Part shown: piece by piece, positions 1 through 11,600 of the stretch
Numbering within the stretch: the first letter of the stretch is position 1
Layout of the letters: each line of letters begins with the position of its first letter
Assembly (NCBI RefSeq): GCF_006345805.1
Contig: NC_042999.1
Coordinates: 6,882,001 to 6,946,000 of the forward strand
Direction: 5' to 3'
Length of the DNA: 64,000 nt
Source of the DNA: Octopus sinensis
Lineage: Eukaryota
The notes under the pieces: model-generated
The model's database searches: none
What the model saw: the letters and a program-made list of their open reading frames with translations, nothing else
What the model was told of the DNA's origin: nothing
Position numbers and translations under genes: made by a program

Positions 1-123
1 TGACCGAATTGGCGTCTTGACCTTTTAGAGATGCAACTATAAGCATGAGATTACATACATAAGACAAATTATACGAATCTGCAAATGAACTGACGCCAAA
101 TACTGCACATACATGCAAAGATA

Positions 124-335
124 CCTATTTCTTTACTACCCACAAGGGGCTAAACATAGAGGGGACAAACAAGGACAGACAAACGGATTAAGTCAATTAC
201 ATCTAACCCAGTGCGTAACTGGTACTTAATTTATCGACCCCAAAAGGATGAAAGGCAAAGTCGACCTCGGCGGAATTTGGACTCAGAATGTAACGACAGA
301 CGAAATACGGCTACGCATTTCGCCCGGCGCGCTGA
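124..335 (-). mobile_element. tRNA-derived SINE, family A (head slightly truncated)
   Basis: Matches the many other copies in the window. The sense strand ends ...CTTGTGGGTAGTAAAGAAATAG and carries a B-box-like sequence. Confidence 0.85.
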
Positions 336-414
336 TGTTGAAATTCCAATGAATCTAGGTTAGAAACCGGCTCTTACTCTATTGGCAAGACATCTTGAAA
401 GAAAACTAAATAAT

Positions 415-416
<2 letters not shown>
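336..416 (+). repeat. Unclassified dispersed repeat 3' end followed by (CA)n
   Basis: GTTGAAATTCCAATGAA...AGAAACCG...CTATTGGCAAGA...AAAACTAAATAATGACA recurs at 63821-63912. Confidence 0.65.
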
Positions 417-483
<67 letters not shown>

Positions 484-1034
484 AGCAAACGGCAAAGGAA
501 AACTTTAATACATCTTTAATGATCTATTACAATTGTTGGTGTAGCATCTCTGCTTGCAACCCCTGTAACTGATCATTATAGATGTGTTAAAGTCTTTCTT
601 TGTCGTGTGTGTGTACATACGAGTACGAATCTATGTGTGTGGTGTGTGTTGTGTGTGTGTGTGTGTGTCTAGGCACATGTATGTTTTCACCGATCTTTCA
701 CTTCGTTCATTGTATTTTAATGAGATTTCGAGATCCCTCGCTGTTTATAACAACAGCGAAGCTTTTAACGCAAATCAATCTCTCGAGTGTTGAAGGGAAT
801 CTATATCAGATTACGAGTACCTTTCCTTGAAACTTTTGTTTTAAACTTATAAAATTAAATCTTAAATACTCAATAGGAAATCATTGTTCTTTAAACATAC
901 ATCTTTGATACACAATAAACAAATTGTCAACGATATCTTTGGCTTTCGCCTCAAAACTCGCTCCTGCAAAATTTTTATGATTTTACTTTAAAACATAATA
1001 AAGACCAATTCTTACCATTTTTAGTTTCCTATTT

Positions 1035-1207
1035 ACTCTTTTACTCTTTCACTTCTTTCAGTCATTTGACTGCGGTCATGCTGGAGCACCGCCTTTTGTC
1101 GAACAAATCGACCCCAGGACTTAATTCTATCGGTCTCTTTTGCCGAACCGCTAAAGTTACGGAGACGTAAACACACCAGCATCGATTGTCAAGCAATGTT
1201 GGAGGGA

Positions 1208-1262
<55 letters not shown>

Positions 1263-1275
1263 GACGGGCTTCTTT
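1035..1275 (-). mobile_element. tRNA-derived SINE family B, 3' part with internal (CA)n
   Basis: Reverse complement of the family B tail (...CCAGCATGACCGCAGTCAAATGACTGAAA...GTAAAAGAG). The 5' part is replaced by a family A copy. Confidence 0.85.
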
Positions 1276-1282
1276 CAGTTTC

Positions 1283-1500
1283 TTATTTCTTTACTGCCCA
1301 CAAGGGGACAAACAAGGACAGACAAACGGATTAAGTCGATTACATCGACCCCAGTGCGTAACTGGTACTTATTTAATCGACCCCGAAAGGATGAAAGGCA
1401 AAGTCGACCTCGGCAGAATTTGAACTCAGAACGTAGCGGCAGACGAAATACTGCTGAGCATTTCGCCCGACCTGCTAACCTTTCTGCCAGTTCGCCGCCC
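1283..1500 (-). mobile_element. tRNA-derived SINE family A
   Basis: Full body and head (GGCGGCGAACTGGCAGAAAGGTTAGC on the minus strand). Confidence 0.85.
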
Positions 1501-1978
1501 TTCTGCCAGTTCACCGCCCTAACTGCCAGCTCAGTCTAAATTTGTGTATTGTCCTATAGTATTTATATGAGATCGTGGTATGAAGAGAGTATTTGAACTC
1601 AGATCTTAGAGAACCGGAAAAGATGCCGCTAAGCGTGTTGTGTGGCGTGCAAACGACTCTGTCATCCTTTTAGATGCTTCAGTAAATTTCGAAGGCCGAG
1701 TCCCTCTTCTTCCAACTGTATTTGTACTACGATGCTTCAGTAGAACAGTACGGTTTCAATAGAACAATAAGAACAGTTCTATCATACGCTTATGGCTTTT
1801 TTTCGATGTTTTGTGTCCCCAATATTTTGTATTGTCCCATTCTGTGTATAGCCCCTTGTGGGTAATAAAAAATGAGAACAATAGGAACAGTACGGTTTTA
1901 ATAGAGTAAAACACAAATTGAGACTGTCACCAAATGAAAGCCATCACAGAGAAATGATTTTTATTCCCTTACTAAACA

Positions 1979-2166
1979 AGGAGTGGCTGTGTGGTAAGTA
2001 TCTTGTTTACCAACCACATGGTTTCGGGTTCAGTCCCACTGCCTGGCACCTTGGGCAAGTGTCTTCTACTATAGCCTCGGGCCGACCAAAGCCTTGTGAG
2101 TGGATTTGGTAGACGGAAATTGAAAGAAGCCCGTCGTTATATATTGTATGTATATATATATATATA

Positions 2167-2211
<45 letters not shown>

Positions 2212-2340
2212 CTTGTGTTGTTTGTCCACCTAGCATTGCTTGACAACCGATGCTGGTGTGTTTATGTCCCCGTCACTTAGCGGTTCGGCAAAAGAGACCG
2301 ATAGTCAAATGACTGAAACAAGTAAAAGAGAGTAAAAGAG
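1979..2340 (+). mobile_element. tRNA-derived SINE family B with internal deletion
   Basis: Head GAGTGGCTGTGTGGTAAG...GGTTCAGTCCC, internal (TA)n/(TG)n, tail AGTAAAAGAG. Confidence 0.85.
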
Positions 2341-2664
2341 AGTTAGACTGTTGGAGGCAAGTGTAGACTTTCATTAAGAGGAATATGAATCAATGACTGC
2401 TCATCTTTTTGCTAAATAATAATTGAAAATGAAATGAGTAACCACGAAAAATATCCTCATCTAAAATAATACAACTTTAAATGTAGAAGGACTAAATTTT
2501 GTTGTCTCCTTTTTGTTCAGGAACAGTTTGATGCATTGATGAACAGTCAACTGCATTAGGGAACCTAAAGATTAAATTTATTGTTGAGAAAAACTTGGCT
2601 GTGATGGCGGATTAGAAGCCGTCTGAATATTGGAAAAGAATTACTTGTATCAAAATGCTGACAT

Positions 2665-3073
2665 CATGACTGCTGCTGTTGCTGTTGCTATTGAGGGTAG
2701 CGGTCTTCGTCCCAGGGCTCGCAAGATCGCGCCTCTGTAGTGGGAGAAGTCTGATACGAGGTCCTTTGCTATTCGTAAGACCCGCAGAAGAGAAAGCAGG
2801 TCAACCCCCGACATCGAGAGCATCGACGGATGGATGAATGCGCATCCGGGCTCAGCGGTTGCGTAGGAAGTCGGGGAAAGAAACAGGAAGAAAGAGTGAG
2901 AGAAAGTTGGAGCGAAAGAGTACAACAGGGGTCGCCACCAACCCCTGCCAGAGCCTCGTGGAGCTTTAGGTGTTTTCGCTCAATAAACACACACAACGCC
3001 CGGTCTGGGAATCGAAACCGCGATCCTCCGACCGCGAGTCCGCTGCCCTAACCATTGGGCCATTGCGCCTCCA
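2665..3073 (-). mobile_element. tRNA-derived SINE family D (GTGGAGGCGCAATGG head) with unique tail ending in (GCAACA)n-like repeats
   Basis: Minus-strand tRNA-like head with A/B boxes (GGTTTCGATTCCC). Head and central part are shared with 12274 and 42648. Confidence 0.75.
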
Positions 3074-3139
3074 CGCATGACTACTGCTCAACCCTCTGTG
3101 AACATTGCAAAAGCTGTAAGACGTGACAGAGAGAGCTAA

Positions 3140-3600
3140 AACGGAGACTACAAGGCTGTGGCTTGCAGTAATGGACACATCTGGAGTTCTGATTGTGTGT
3201 CCACCCAGACGTCAGCCCCACATCTGTAAACAGATCCTTAGACTCAATTCAGATAACTATACCACCGGAGAGAGTGGTTGTCAGAGAATTTCTAAGGCGT
3301 CTCTCGCCCTAATTTCTGGCCTCTTAATTTTCGTTATTGCATTTCCGTGGATTACTATGTGAGGGACGTGTTTGAGAAAGACACCTACCGCCCTGCATGC
3401 AATACTGAGGCCGAGCTGGTGGCGAAGATCAAGAAGGTGCTCGAAGATCTTCCCAGAGACACAGTGAGGAATATAGGCGCCAAGTTCTGGAGCCGTCTTG
3501 AGGCAGTGATGAGAGCTGGGGATAGCTACTTTGAGTAAACTGCTATCTCCCTGCTATAATCTTGCTGATACCTTTTGATATTTTAAGAAGATCTCAACTA
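3140..3600 (+). mobile_element. Degenerate Tc1/mariner transposase C-terminal fragment
   Basis: Translates as WLSENF*...NFWPLNFRYCISVDYYVRDVFEKDT...RLEAVMRAGDSYFE, resembling the WPPNSPDxNPxDY region and C-terminus of DDD transposases. Contains a stop codon and no TIR was found. Confidence 0.65.
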
Positions 3601-3790
3601 AATGAAAGTTTACATTGCCGCAAAGAAAATACATGTTAACGCATGGAAGATTCAATCAGAATCAAGATATTCTCGGCTTCAAGGGTAGCCTGCGGTATAC
3701 ACCTCACCTGGATATTTTACCACTTCTGAGGTTCTGTACGCTATGAAACGTATGTAGCCCGCATCTTATCTACTCAATTCCGTAACACTT

Positions 3791-3844
<54 letters not shown>

Positions 3845-3845
<1 letters not shown>

Positions 3846-4258
3846 ACAATTATAAGAGAGATCCACTATGTGGACGCTCTTGCGCTAAAAATAGATCCGC
3901 ATTGGTCTCAACCACCAAGAATTGTTCTCAAGGAATCATAACTGCGAATATAATAAGCTGAACTACTCGTGTGTTTGACTTTGTGTTAAAATCTGGCGTG
4001 CAGTTCAGCAAATTATATTCATAACGAATCCTACTGATGAGCTGTGGATTTATTGTGTAAGTAAAATTGCATAATCTATTAACAGTGAAGCAATTGTCTA
4101 GGGTTAATCTACATTTTTGTTATTTTTCATTTGTCCTGCTCGCTTACGTTCATAGTTGTGCTAATTTTCCTTGAGAATAATTCTTGGTGGTTGAGACCAA
4201 TGCGGATCTATTTTTAGCGGAAGAGCGTCCACATAGTGGATTCTCTCTTATATTTGTG
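3845..4258 (+). mobile_element. Foldback element with ~90 bp terminal inverted repeats enclosing a hammerhead ribozyme
   Basis: Arms 3845-3935 and 4167-4258 are near-perfect reverse complements. The interior holds a hairpin (about 3946-4020) and an HHR motif. Confidence 0.8.
4027..4105 (+). ncRNA. Type I hammerhead ribozyme (one core mismatch)
   Basis: Stem I AATCCTA/TAGGGTT, core CTGATGA 4034-4040, long stem II GCTGT...ACAGT, GAAG at 4087-4090 (GAAA expected), palindromic CAATTG, GTC cleavage triplet ending at 4098. Confidence 0.65.
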
Positions 4259-5000
4259 TATTAATAATATTTACTGAATCCCAGTTTTTATGCGCTAAAC
4301 CATTTCTGTTAAATTGATGTTATTAAATTAATATCCAATTTTTTCACCCTCATTTTTGATTTTATATATATATATATATATTTGCTACATAATACTTTCA
4401 AATCATAGGATCTCCAAATCTCCCTCTTCCAAGTATAATCATCATTTTTATTTAGATTAATTGAAACATCAAACTTGTGAGTGAAGTGTAAACACACCAA
4501 CCACACGTGTCTGTAGTTGTTTCGAATCTGCGTTGTTTCAGAAGGAATCTTAAACCCGCCATTCCGTATTCCCGCTATTGCGGGAACAGGTTAAACGTCG
4601 TCTTTGCCAGATTATTGGTAAAGAGGTTATGAACAACACACGTAGAACAAGAAGATGCAATCGATTCTGTCGGTTTGTCTGAAATCCTTACTCTTGATCT
4701 ATATATGCAACATAAATATGCTTTTTCTCAGGAGCCCAGGTGGAACGTAAATTAGACACAAGGGTTCAAGTTCGAGATTAACACATCACAAAATGCACAT
4801 CTGACTTCGTACCTGTTTTTCAATAATACTGATATCAATTTTCTTTTCAACTGAGAGGAAGTTTTAAAATTTTAAGGAAGAAGCAAATATCGGTTGGACT
4901 ATGTTATTTACAAAACCATTAGTGATGTATCCTTGACGTGAACTAAGTACAACCAGTACTCGAAAATGCGTCAGAGTAATATCTCTCTTTGAGATCTTAC

Positions 5001-5761
5001 CTATTTCTTTGCTGCCCACAAGGGGCTAAACATAGAGGGGACAAACAAGTACAGACAAACGGATTAAGTCACTGGTACTTAATTTATCGATCCCGAAAGG
5101 ATCAAAGGTAAAGTTGACTTCGGTGGAATTTGAACTCAGAACGAAAAGACGGACGAAATACCTATTTCTTTACTACCCACCAACGGGCTAAACGCAGAGA
5201 GGACAAACAAGGACAGACAAACGGATTAAGTCGATTACATCGACCCCTGTGCGTAACTGGTACTTAATTTATCGATCTCGACAGGATGAAAGGCAAAGTC
5301 GACCTCGGCGGAATTTGAACTCAGAACGTAACGGCAGACGAAATACCTATTTCGTTACTACCTACAAGGGGCTAAACACAGAGAGGACAAACAAGGACAG
5401 ACAAAGGGATTAAGTCGATTATATCGACCCCAGTGCGTGACTGGTACTTACTTAATCGACCCCGAAAGGATGAAAGGCAAAGTTGACCTCGGCGGAATTT
5501 GAACTCAGAACGTAACGGCAGACGAAATACCCATTTCTTTACTACCCACAAGGGGCTAAACACAGAGAGGACAAACAAGGACAGATAAACGGATTACGTC
5601 GATTACATCGACCCCAGTGCGTAACTGGTATTTAATTTATCGACCCCGACAGGATGAAAGGCAAAGTCGACCTCGGCGAATTTGAACTCAGAACATAACG
5701 GCAGACGAAATACGGCTACGCATTTCGCCCGGCGTGCTAACATTTTTGCCAGCTCGCCGCC
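5001..5761 (-). mobile_element. Head-to-tail concatemer of four family A SINE units
   Basis: Junctions GAAATAC|CTATTTC (or CCATTTC) at 5161/2, 5346/7 and 5530/1, period 184-185 bp. Only the 5'-most unit (5531-5761) keeps the complete tRNA head. Confidence 0.9.
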
Positions 5762-6547
5762 ATCTGCGGATGAAATACCTCGAAGCATTTCGCCCGGCGT
5801 GCTAACGTTTCTTACCATTAATTTTACTGCATTTCCTCTGACTGAAATTTACCATTAATAAGAAGTTACAAAAGTAAAGTAAAATTATGAAAAGTGTAGT
5901 AAGTTCTTTTTCTATTACTTTCATACATATTTGGAGACTTTTGGAAGACGAAGAGTTATCCGACATCAGTAAGTCAGGGCCATAATTTATGAGACATTTG
6001 TGGAGAAGCCAGTCGTCTGCTGGTACGTGCTGGAAATAAATCCAATATTAACTTAAGCAAACGAAGAGTGAAATTTCTATGCAGGCCTCAATCGCGGCTA
6101 ACCCAGCTGTTTTAGAGTTTTAACAAATATTGCACCCTGCTCCGACAGGGAGTAATAAAATAAGGAAATTTGTTCATTACAAATTCAATTTTTCTAGTTT
6201 ATTTTCTTCAGAATTCATAAGAGAGGAAAATCTAGAATTATATATTATCTGCAGAAAGAAGTATATATGTTATTGCAATGTTAATTATTTCTGTAAAATA
6301 TAGATAATAACAAGAGATATTTTGCTCACGCTTTTCGATAATGTTGCCAAGCTGAATACAATCTATAAATCAAAAGAGAACATGGCGGCAGTAGGATGGC
6401 GTTGATGATAAGAAATGGTATTTGTGGTCTTAAAAAAAAAAAAAAAATAAAATAAAAATTAAAAAAACCTGATTCAATTGAACGAACTAACTTAGGTTTC
6501 AACTTAGCAAATTTAATATTGTTTAGTTAAAGAAATATTTGAGTTCA

Positions 6548-6819
6548 ATTCTATGTTTAAGAGATGCGGAATTATTTACATTATTTACATTTGACGGATA
6601 TTTGTCCTCATCTTGTTTATTGTTAACACAACGTTTCGGCTGATATACCCTCCAGCCTTCATCAGGTAGCTTGGGGAAATGAGAACCCAGGTTCTCATTC
6701 CTAAGGTATTTTTCGATGTTATTATTATTGTTATTTTTATTATTATTCAGGTCACTGCCTAGAATCGAACTCGGAGTCTTGGGGTTAGAAGCCGCGCTCT
6801 TACATATGCCCACGGGCAT
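6548..6819 (-). mobile_element. tRNA-headed SINE-like element containing a hammerhead ribozyme
   Basis: Minus strand order: tRNA-like head with B box GAGTTCGATTC, (AAT)n linker, HHR, then tail with ATGTAAATA repeats. Confidence 0.7.
6624..6670 (-). ncRNA. Type I hammerhead ribozyme
   Basis: Minus strand GCTAC-CTGATGA-A-GGCTG(GAGGGTATAT)CAGCC-GAAA-CG-TT-GTGTT. Core is intact, stem II is 5 bp, ACGT forms a palindromic stem III, and stem I is weak in this copy. Confidence 0.7.
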
Positions 6820-7042
6820 ATGTAAATAACGTATTTTGAGTTCTTTTTAACTTTGAAACAAACGGTTGAATACACCCTATTATGTTACTGGTACTCATTT
6901 TCCTGGCGAGATTTGAAGACATAAAGTTTCTGGGCCTTAGTCAGTTTATGTATTCTTTCAAAATGCTTTTTGGATATGGAAAAGAAAAAAAACGTTTTTG
7001 AAAAATAAACAACGTATTAGATTTGTGGGACAGACGAGATAC

Positions 7043-7075
<33 letters not shown>

Positions 7076-7177
7076 GAGAGAGAGAGAGGAGGGAGAGGGG
7101 AGAGATACTGAGAAGGAGAGAAAGAGCGGGGATTTATATTCTATAATGTCATGTTTAAATTCTTTTGCACTTTTATT

Positions 7178-7535
7178 CCTTTATTTGTTTCACTCATTTG
7201 ACTGCGGCCATGCTGGAGCACCACCTTTAGTCGAACAAATCGACCTCGGAACTTATTCTTTGTAAGCCTAGTACTTATTCTGTCGGTCCCTTTTGCCGAA
7301 CCGCTAATGTTACTGGGACGTAAACACATCGACATTAGTTGTCAAGTGATAGAGGGAAGACACACATACACACACATATGTATATATAACGGGCTTCTTT
7401 CAGTTTCCGTCTACTAAATCCATTCACAAGGCTTTGGTCGGCCCGAGGCCATAGTAGAAGACTCTCGCCCAAGGTGCCACGAAGTGGGACTGAACCCGGA
7501 ACCATGTGGTTGGGAAGCAAGCCATTTACCACAAA
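7178..7535 (-). mobile_element. tRNA-derived SINE family B
   Basis: Reverse complement of family B head, internal CA/TA tract and tail. Confidence 0.85.
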
Positions 7536-7721
7536 GCTAATCTGCGTCGATGAACAGTTATTTATATCATTTTATTCATTCTTGACCGCCCCCCCTCCAA
7601 AAAAAATCAAAAGCCAAAACAAAACCAAAACACAAAGATGTTACTCTGAAAATGACAATCGTAATAATTGTTTTCCGCAGAGACTCATCACCTGAAATTA
7701 GAGACAGGATTTGACGGAAAC

Positions 7722-7953
7722 CTATTTCTTTACTACCCACAAGGGGCTAAACACAGAGAGAAAAAACAAGGACATACAGACGGATTAAGTCTTTTATATC
7801 GATCCCAGTGCGTAACTGGTACTTATTTAATCGATCCCGAAAGGATGAAAGGCAACATCGACCTGGGCGGAATTTGAACTCAGAACGTCAAGACAGACGA
7901 AATACGGCTACGCATTTCGCCCGGCGTGCTAACGTTTCTGCCAGCTCGCCGCC
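7722..7953 (-). mobile_element. Full-length family A SINE
   Basis: GGCGGCGAGCTGGCAGAAACGTTAGC head through to the GAAATAG end. Confidence 0.9.
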
Positions 7954-7968
7954 TTCAACAGTGTGTGA

Positions 7969-8087
7969 CGCTTACTGCACCTAGGTTTCCGAAGCAGTCA
8001 CCCATCTAAGTAGTAACTAGGCTCAACTTTGCTTAACTTCGGTGATCGGACGAGAACCGGTGCTTTCAACGTGATATGGCTGTAAGC
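7969..8087 (-). rRNA. 5S rRNA-like copy, full length, probably a pseudogene
   Basis: Minus strand GCTTACAGCCATATCACGTTGAAAGCACCGGTTCTCGTCCGATCACCGAAGTTAAGC...GATGGGTGAC...GGTGCAGTAAGC. One mismatch in the terminal helix and no oligo-T terminator. Confidence 0.85.
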
Positions 8088-8730
8088 AATTTGACGGTAA
8101 CCATCGGCCGCTTTAGTTGAATGGTACTTAGTTTCATCGGATACGAAAAGATGAAAGGCAAAGTAAATGCAGGCGTGATTCGAACTCAGAACGTACGGTC
8201 GGAAGAAATAGCAGATGACATTTTGTTCGATACTCAACTTCTCTACAAATCCATCAATCTAACATTGTAAATCAGTAAAAACTTCGAACTGAAAAGCGGC
8301 GAGCAAAATGCTTAGCGGCATTTTTTCCGACTTTACATTCTGAGTTCAAATGCTGCTGGGATCGATTTTTGCCTTTTTATCCTTCCAGGGTCAATGAAAT
8401 AAATACCAGTTGGACACTGGGGTCGATGTAATCGGCTTGCCCCCTCCGCCGTCATTGTTAGCCTTGTGCGAAAATTTGAAACTAATAATTACTTCTGATT
8501 AAGACAGAAGCCCAGCAATTATGACGTGAGGGGCTTAATCGATATCGCCGATATCGATTCCAGCTGATTGATTGGTTCTTGACTGTATCGACCTCCTGAA
8601 TGGTGAACAGTAAAGTTGAGGCGGGAATTAAACTCAAAGCACCAAGAGACGGAAGGGACACTATAAGGCGCTTCTCCCCGACGCTCTTCCCATTTTGTCA
8701 GATCATTATCTTGAGATTACAACTAACATA

Positions 8731-8893
8731 GGCGCAGGAGTGGCTATGTGGTTAGTAGCTTGCTAACCAACCACATGGTTCCGGGTTCAGTCCTACTGCG
8801 TGGCACCCTGGGCAAGTGTCTGCTACTATAGCCTCGGGCCGACCAAAGCCTTGTGAGTAGATTTGGTAGACGGAAACTGAAAGAAGCCCGTTG

Positions 8894-8924
<31 letters not shown>

Positions 8925-9132
8925 ATGTTTGTGTGTCTGTGTTTGTTCTCCCAACATCGCTTGACAACCGATGCTGGTGTGTTTACGTCGCCGTAACTTA
9001 ACGGTTCGGCAAAAGAGACAGATAGAATAAGTACTAGGTTTACAAAGAATAAGTCCTGGGGTCGATTTGCTCGACTCAAAGCGGTGCTCCAGCATGGCCA
9101 CAGTCAAATGACCGAAACAAGTAAAAGAGTAA
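8731..9132 (+). mobile_element. Full-length family B SINE
   Basis: GGCGCAGGAGTGGCT head, internal microsatellite, GTAAAAGAG tail. Confidence 0.9.
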
Positions 9133-9944
9133 AAACACAGAAATGCCTTTACATTCCGCAATCCTTTCGTTGTCATCTTCAATATTTGAAAATCACTCTG
9201 CAGATATGTTTCAGAACATATATCTTCATTAAACAATTATTTGTCTACAATTCCGACACACCTTATTAATGCTGACGGAACTATTTTTCAGGTCATTCAT
9301 CTAATTTTGTTATATTTTGGTGAATTTCTACGTTTTGAGTTATTTCACCCCCATTTGTCATTCGATCACACTTTTGTCAAATTTGTTTAAATGTGTTTAA
9401 GAGATATTTATACACTCTAGTTTCGTTTTCATTATTTCCCCAAGGGTTACAACGTTCTTGTCCATAGCTAACGGGGAAATATACAAAGAGAGCTGATTGT
9501 TATATCACATGATGACGGATAGAGTCTGAATTATTTGAACTAATCTAGTGATTTACAAAAAGAGAATAAAATATGTCTCATTTATTTAGTGGTGGGGGGT
9601 TATTTTTATCGAACGTATTGACTGTATACACATAATACCACAATCAAGTCCTGTGGTCAGCGTGAAAGACTAACCCCTTCCATCCAAGATTCCTGTCTTT
9701 GTCACTGTATTAGATATGGTATACTTATATTTCTATTTACTCGTAGTATAACAGATTCTACAAACTGAAGCTTGAATGTAAAGGAACAACTTAAGAAACT
9801 ATAAATTCCTTTGTTATGTCTTGGACTGGTAGGTCTTGTGATTGTCATTCTCTTGTCATGACACAGGAAAAGAATTCAAATAAAGGCCTGAAATGAAGGG
9901 CTCTTCAATTACGAAATAGTATTGATATTTTTAAGCACGAAATA

Positions 9945-10343
9945 TACTTTTCTACTCCAGGTACAAGGCCCGAAATGTTCGGAGTGGGGGCTAGTCGATT
10001 AGATCGACCCCAGTGCCCAACTGGTGCTTAATTTATCGACCCCGAAAGGATGGAAGGCAAAGTCGACCTCGGCGGAATTTGAACTCAGAACATAGCGGCA
10101 GACGAAATACCTATTTCTTTACTACCCACAAGGGGCTACACACAGAGAGGACAAACAAGGATAGACAAACGGATTAAAGTCGATTATATCGACCCCAGTG
10201 CGTAACTGGTACTTATTTAATCGACCCCGAAAGGATGAAAGGCAAAGTTGACCTCGTTGGAATTTGAACTCAGAACGTAACGGCAGACGAAATACGGCTA
10301 CACATTTCGCCCGGCGTCTAACAATTCTGCCAGCTCGCCGCCT
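9945..10343 (-). mobile_element. SINE dimer: full family A unit joined to a head-truncated unit with a different (family C) tail
   Basis: Junction GAAATAC|CTATTTC at 10110/1. The left unit ends in the GGGCCTTGTACC-type tail rather than the family A tail. Confidence 0.8.
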
Positions 10344-10809
10344 TATCAACCGCGAAATAATGTAATTGGGAAACCGAAGAAGTCGATGTTTGGGTCATTG
10401 CATAAAGAGGATAGTCGGTGAGTGTTAGGATATGAAACGGGAAACTTTTGATCAAAATGCTGATGTAGTTTGGGCTTCGCCAGCTGCAACGTATCAATCT
10501 CAAAGCGTGTAATACTAATAGATACAATCAACACAGAACACAATCTAGTTTGACCTTGGAGCTTGCAGCTTTTCATGAATCCCGATAAAGCATTGCTTCG
10601 AGGCAGAGAAAAATCGTAATCCTTTTATGAAGAACCTGGTCAGATTTGATTGGAATTGAAGAGAAACTTTGTAGGATTCGAATACAATGGCTGCAAGCTG
10701 TCTTCGAATTAATTAGTGTTCCGGTCGGCTGAGAGGACCATCACTGGGCAAAAGCTAGTGGAATATCAGAGGCTACGAAATACAACGCTCTACACACACA
10801 CACGCAATA

Positions 10810-10835
10810 CATATGTATATTTAGATGTATGTATG

Positions 10836-10923
<88 letters not shown>

Positions 10924-11128
10924 TATATATATATATTATATATATATATATACATTTATATATACATTTATATATATATATATATATATATATACATTTA
11001 TATATACATTTATATATATATAATATATATATATATATACATTTATATATACATATATATAATAATATATATATATACATTTATATATACATATATATAA
11101 TATATATATATACATTTATATATACATT

Positions 11129-11174
<46 letters not shown>

Positions 11175-11179
11175 ATATC

Positions 11180-11211
<32 letters not shown>

Positions 11212-11218
11212 CACACAC

Positions 11219-11267
<49 letters not shown>

Positions 11268-11285
11268 AACATATATATATGTATG
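10810..11285. repeat. Long imperfect (TA)n microsatellite
   Basis: About 475 bp of TA repeats with recurrent TACATTTA interruptions; source of the YI-rich ORFs. Confidence 0.95.
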
Positions 11286-11329
11286 TCTGTATAATGCTTT
11301 TGTTATGCTTTAATCATTTCACTTTGCCA

Positions 11330-11600
11330 AGAGGATTTCTTAAACGCCATTCGCTAATGCAAATTATATTTACGTCCATTCTCTTCTGCTCTTCTATTGC
11401 AAAGACATTAAACTGTTTTCCTTTCAACTTGGCAACTCCACACAGCTCCACACCTGAATTCTATTCTTCGCACTGGATTTCCTCCTGTCAGCCATAATGT
11501 GTTTCTTCAACCCGGCTTCTTATACTAAATACTTAATTCACCACGGCTCCTTCTCCCACAACCATTGATTGCGTTTCTGTCTACCGTTTCCTCCTGGCTG
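11330..11600 (-). mobile_element. Degenerate RTE-like LINE endonuclease N-terminal fragment (tentative)
   Basis: A minus frame reads ...KQFNVFAIEEQKRMDVNIICISEWRL, resembling the APE N-terminal motif of RTE elements, with many stops upstream. Confidence 0.35.

Noticed and set aside
2650-3178. Overlapping GC-rich ORFs
   Set aside because: They lie within the family D SINE.
5001-5761. Possible CRISPR-like or satellite array
   Set aside because: The units are SINE monomers with no unique spacers, in a eukaryotic context.
6385-6420. ACATGGCGG / ATGGCG start-like motifs, also at 13720, 22221 and 36546
   Set aside because: They resemble YY1 or start contexts, but the frames close quickly and the splice donors are weak; insufficient support.
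6801-6824. Perfect small palindrome TACATATGCCC-AC-GGGCATATGTA at the SINE 5' end
   Set aside because: Most simply a local template-switch mutation of the SINE head, with no independent function evident.
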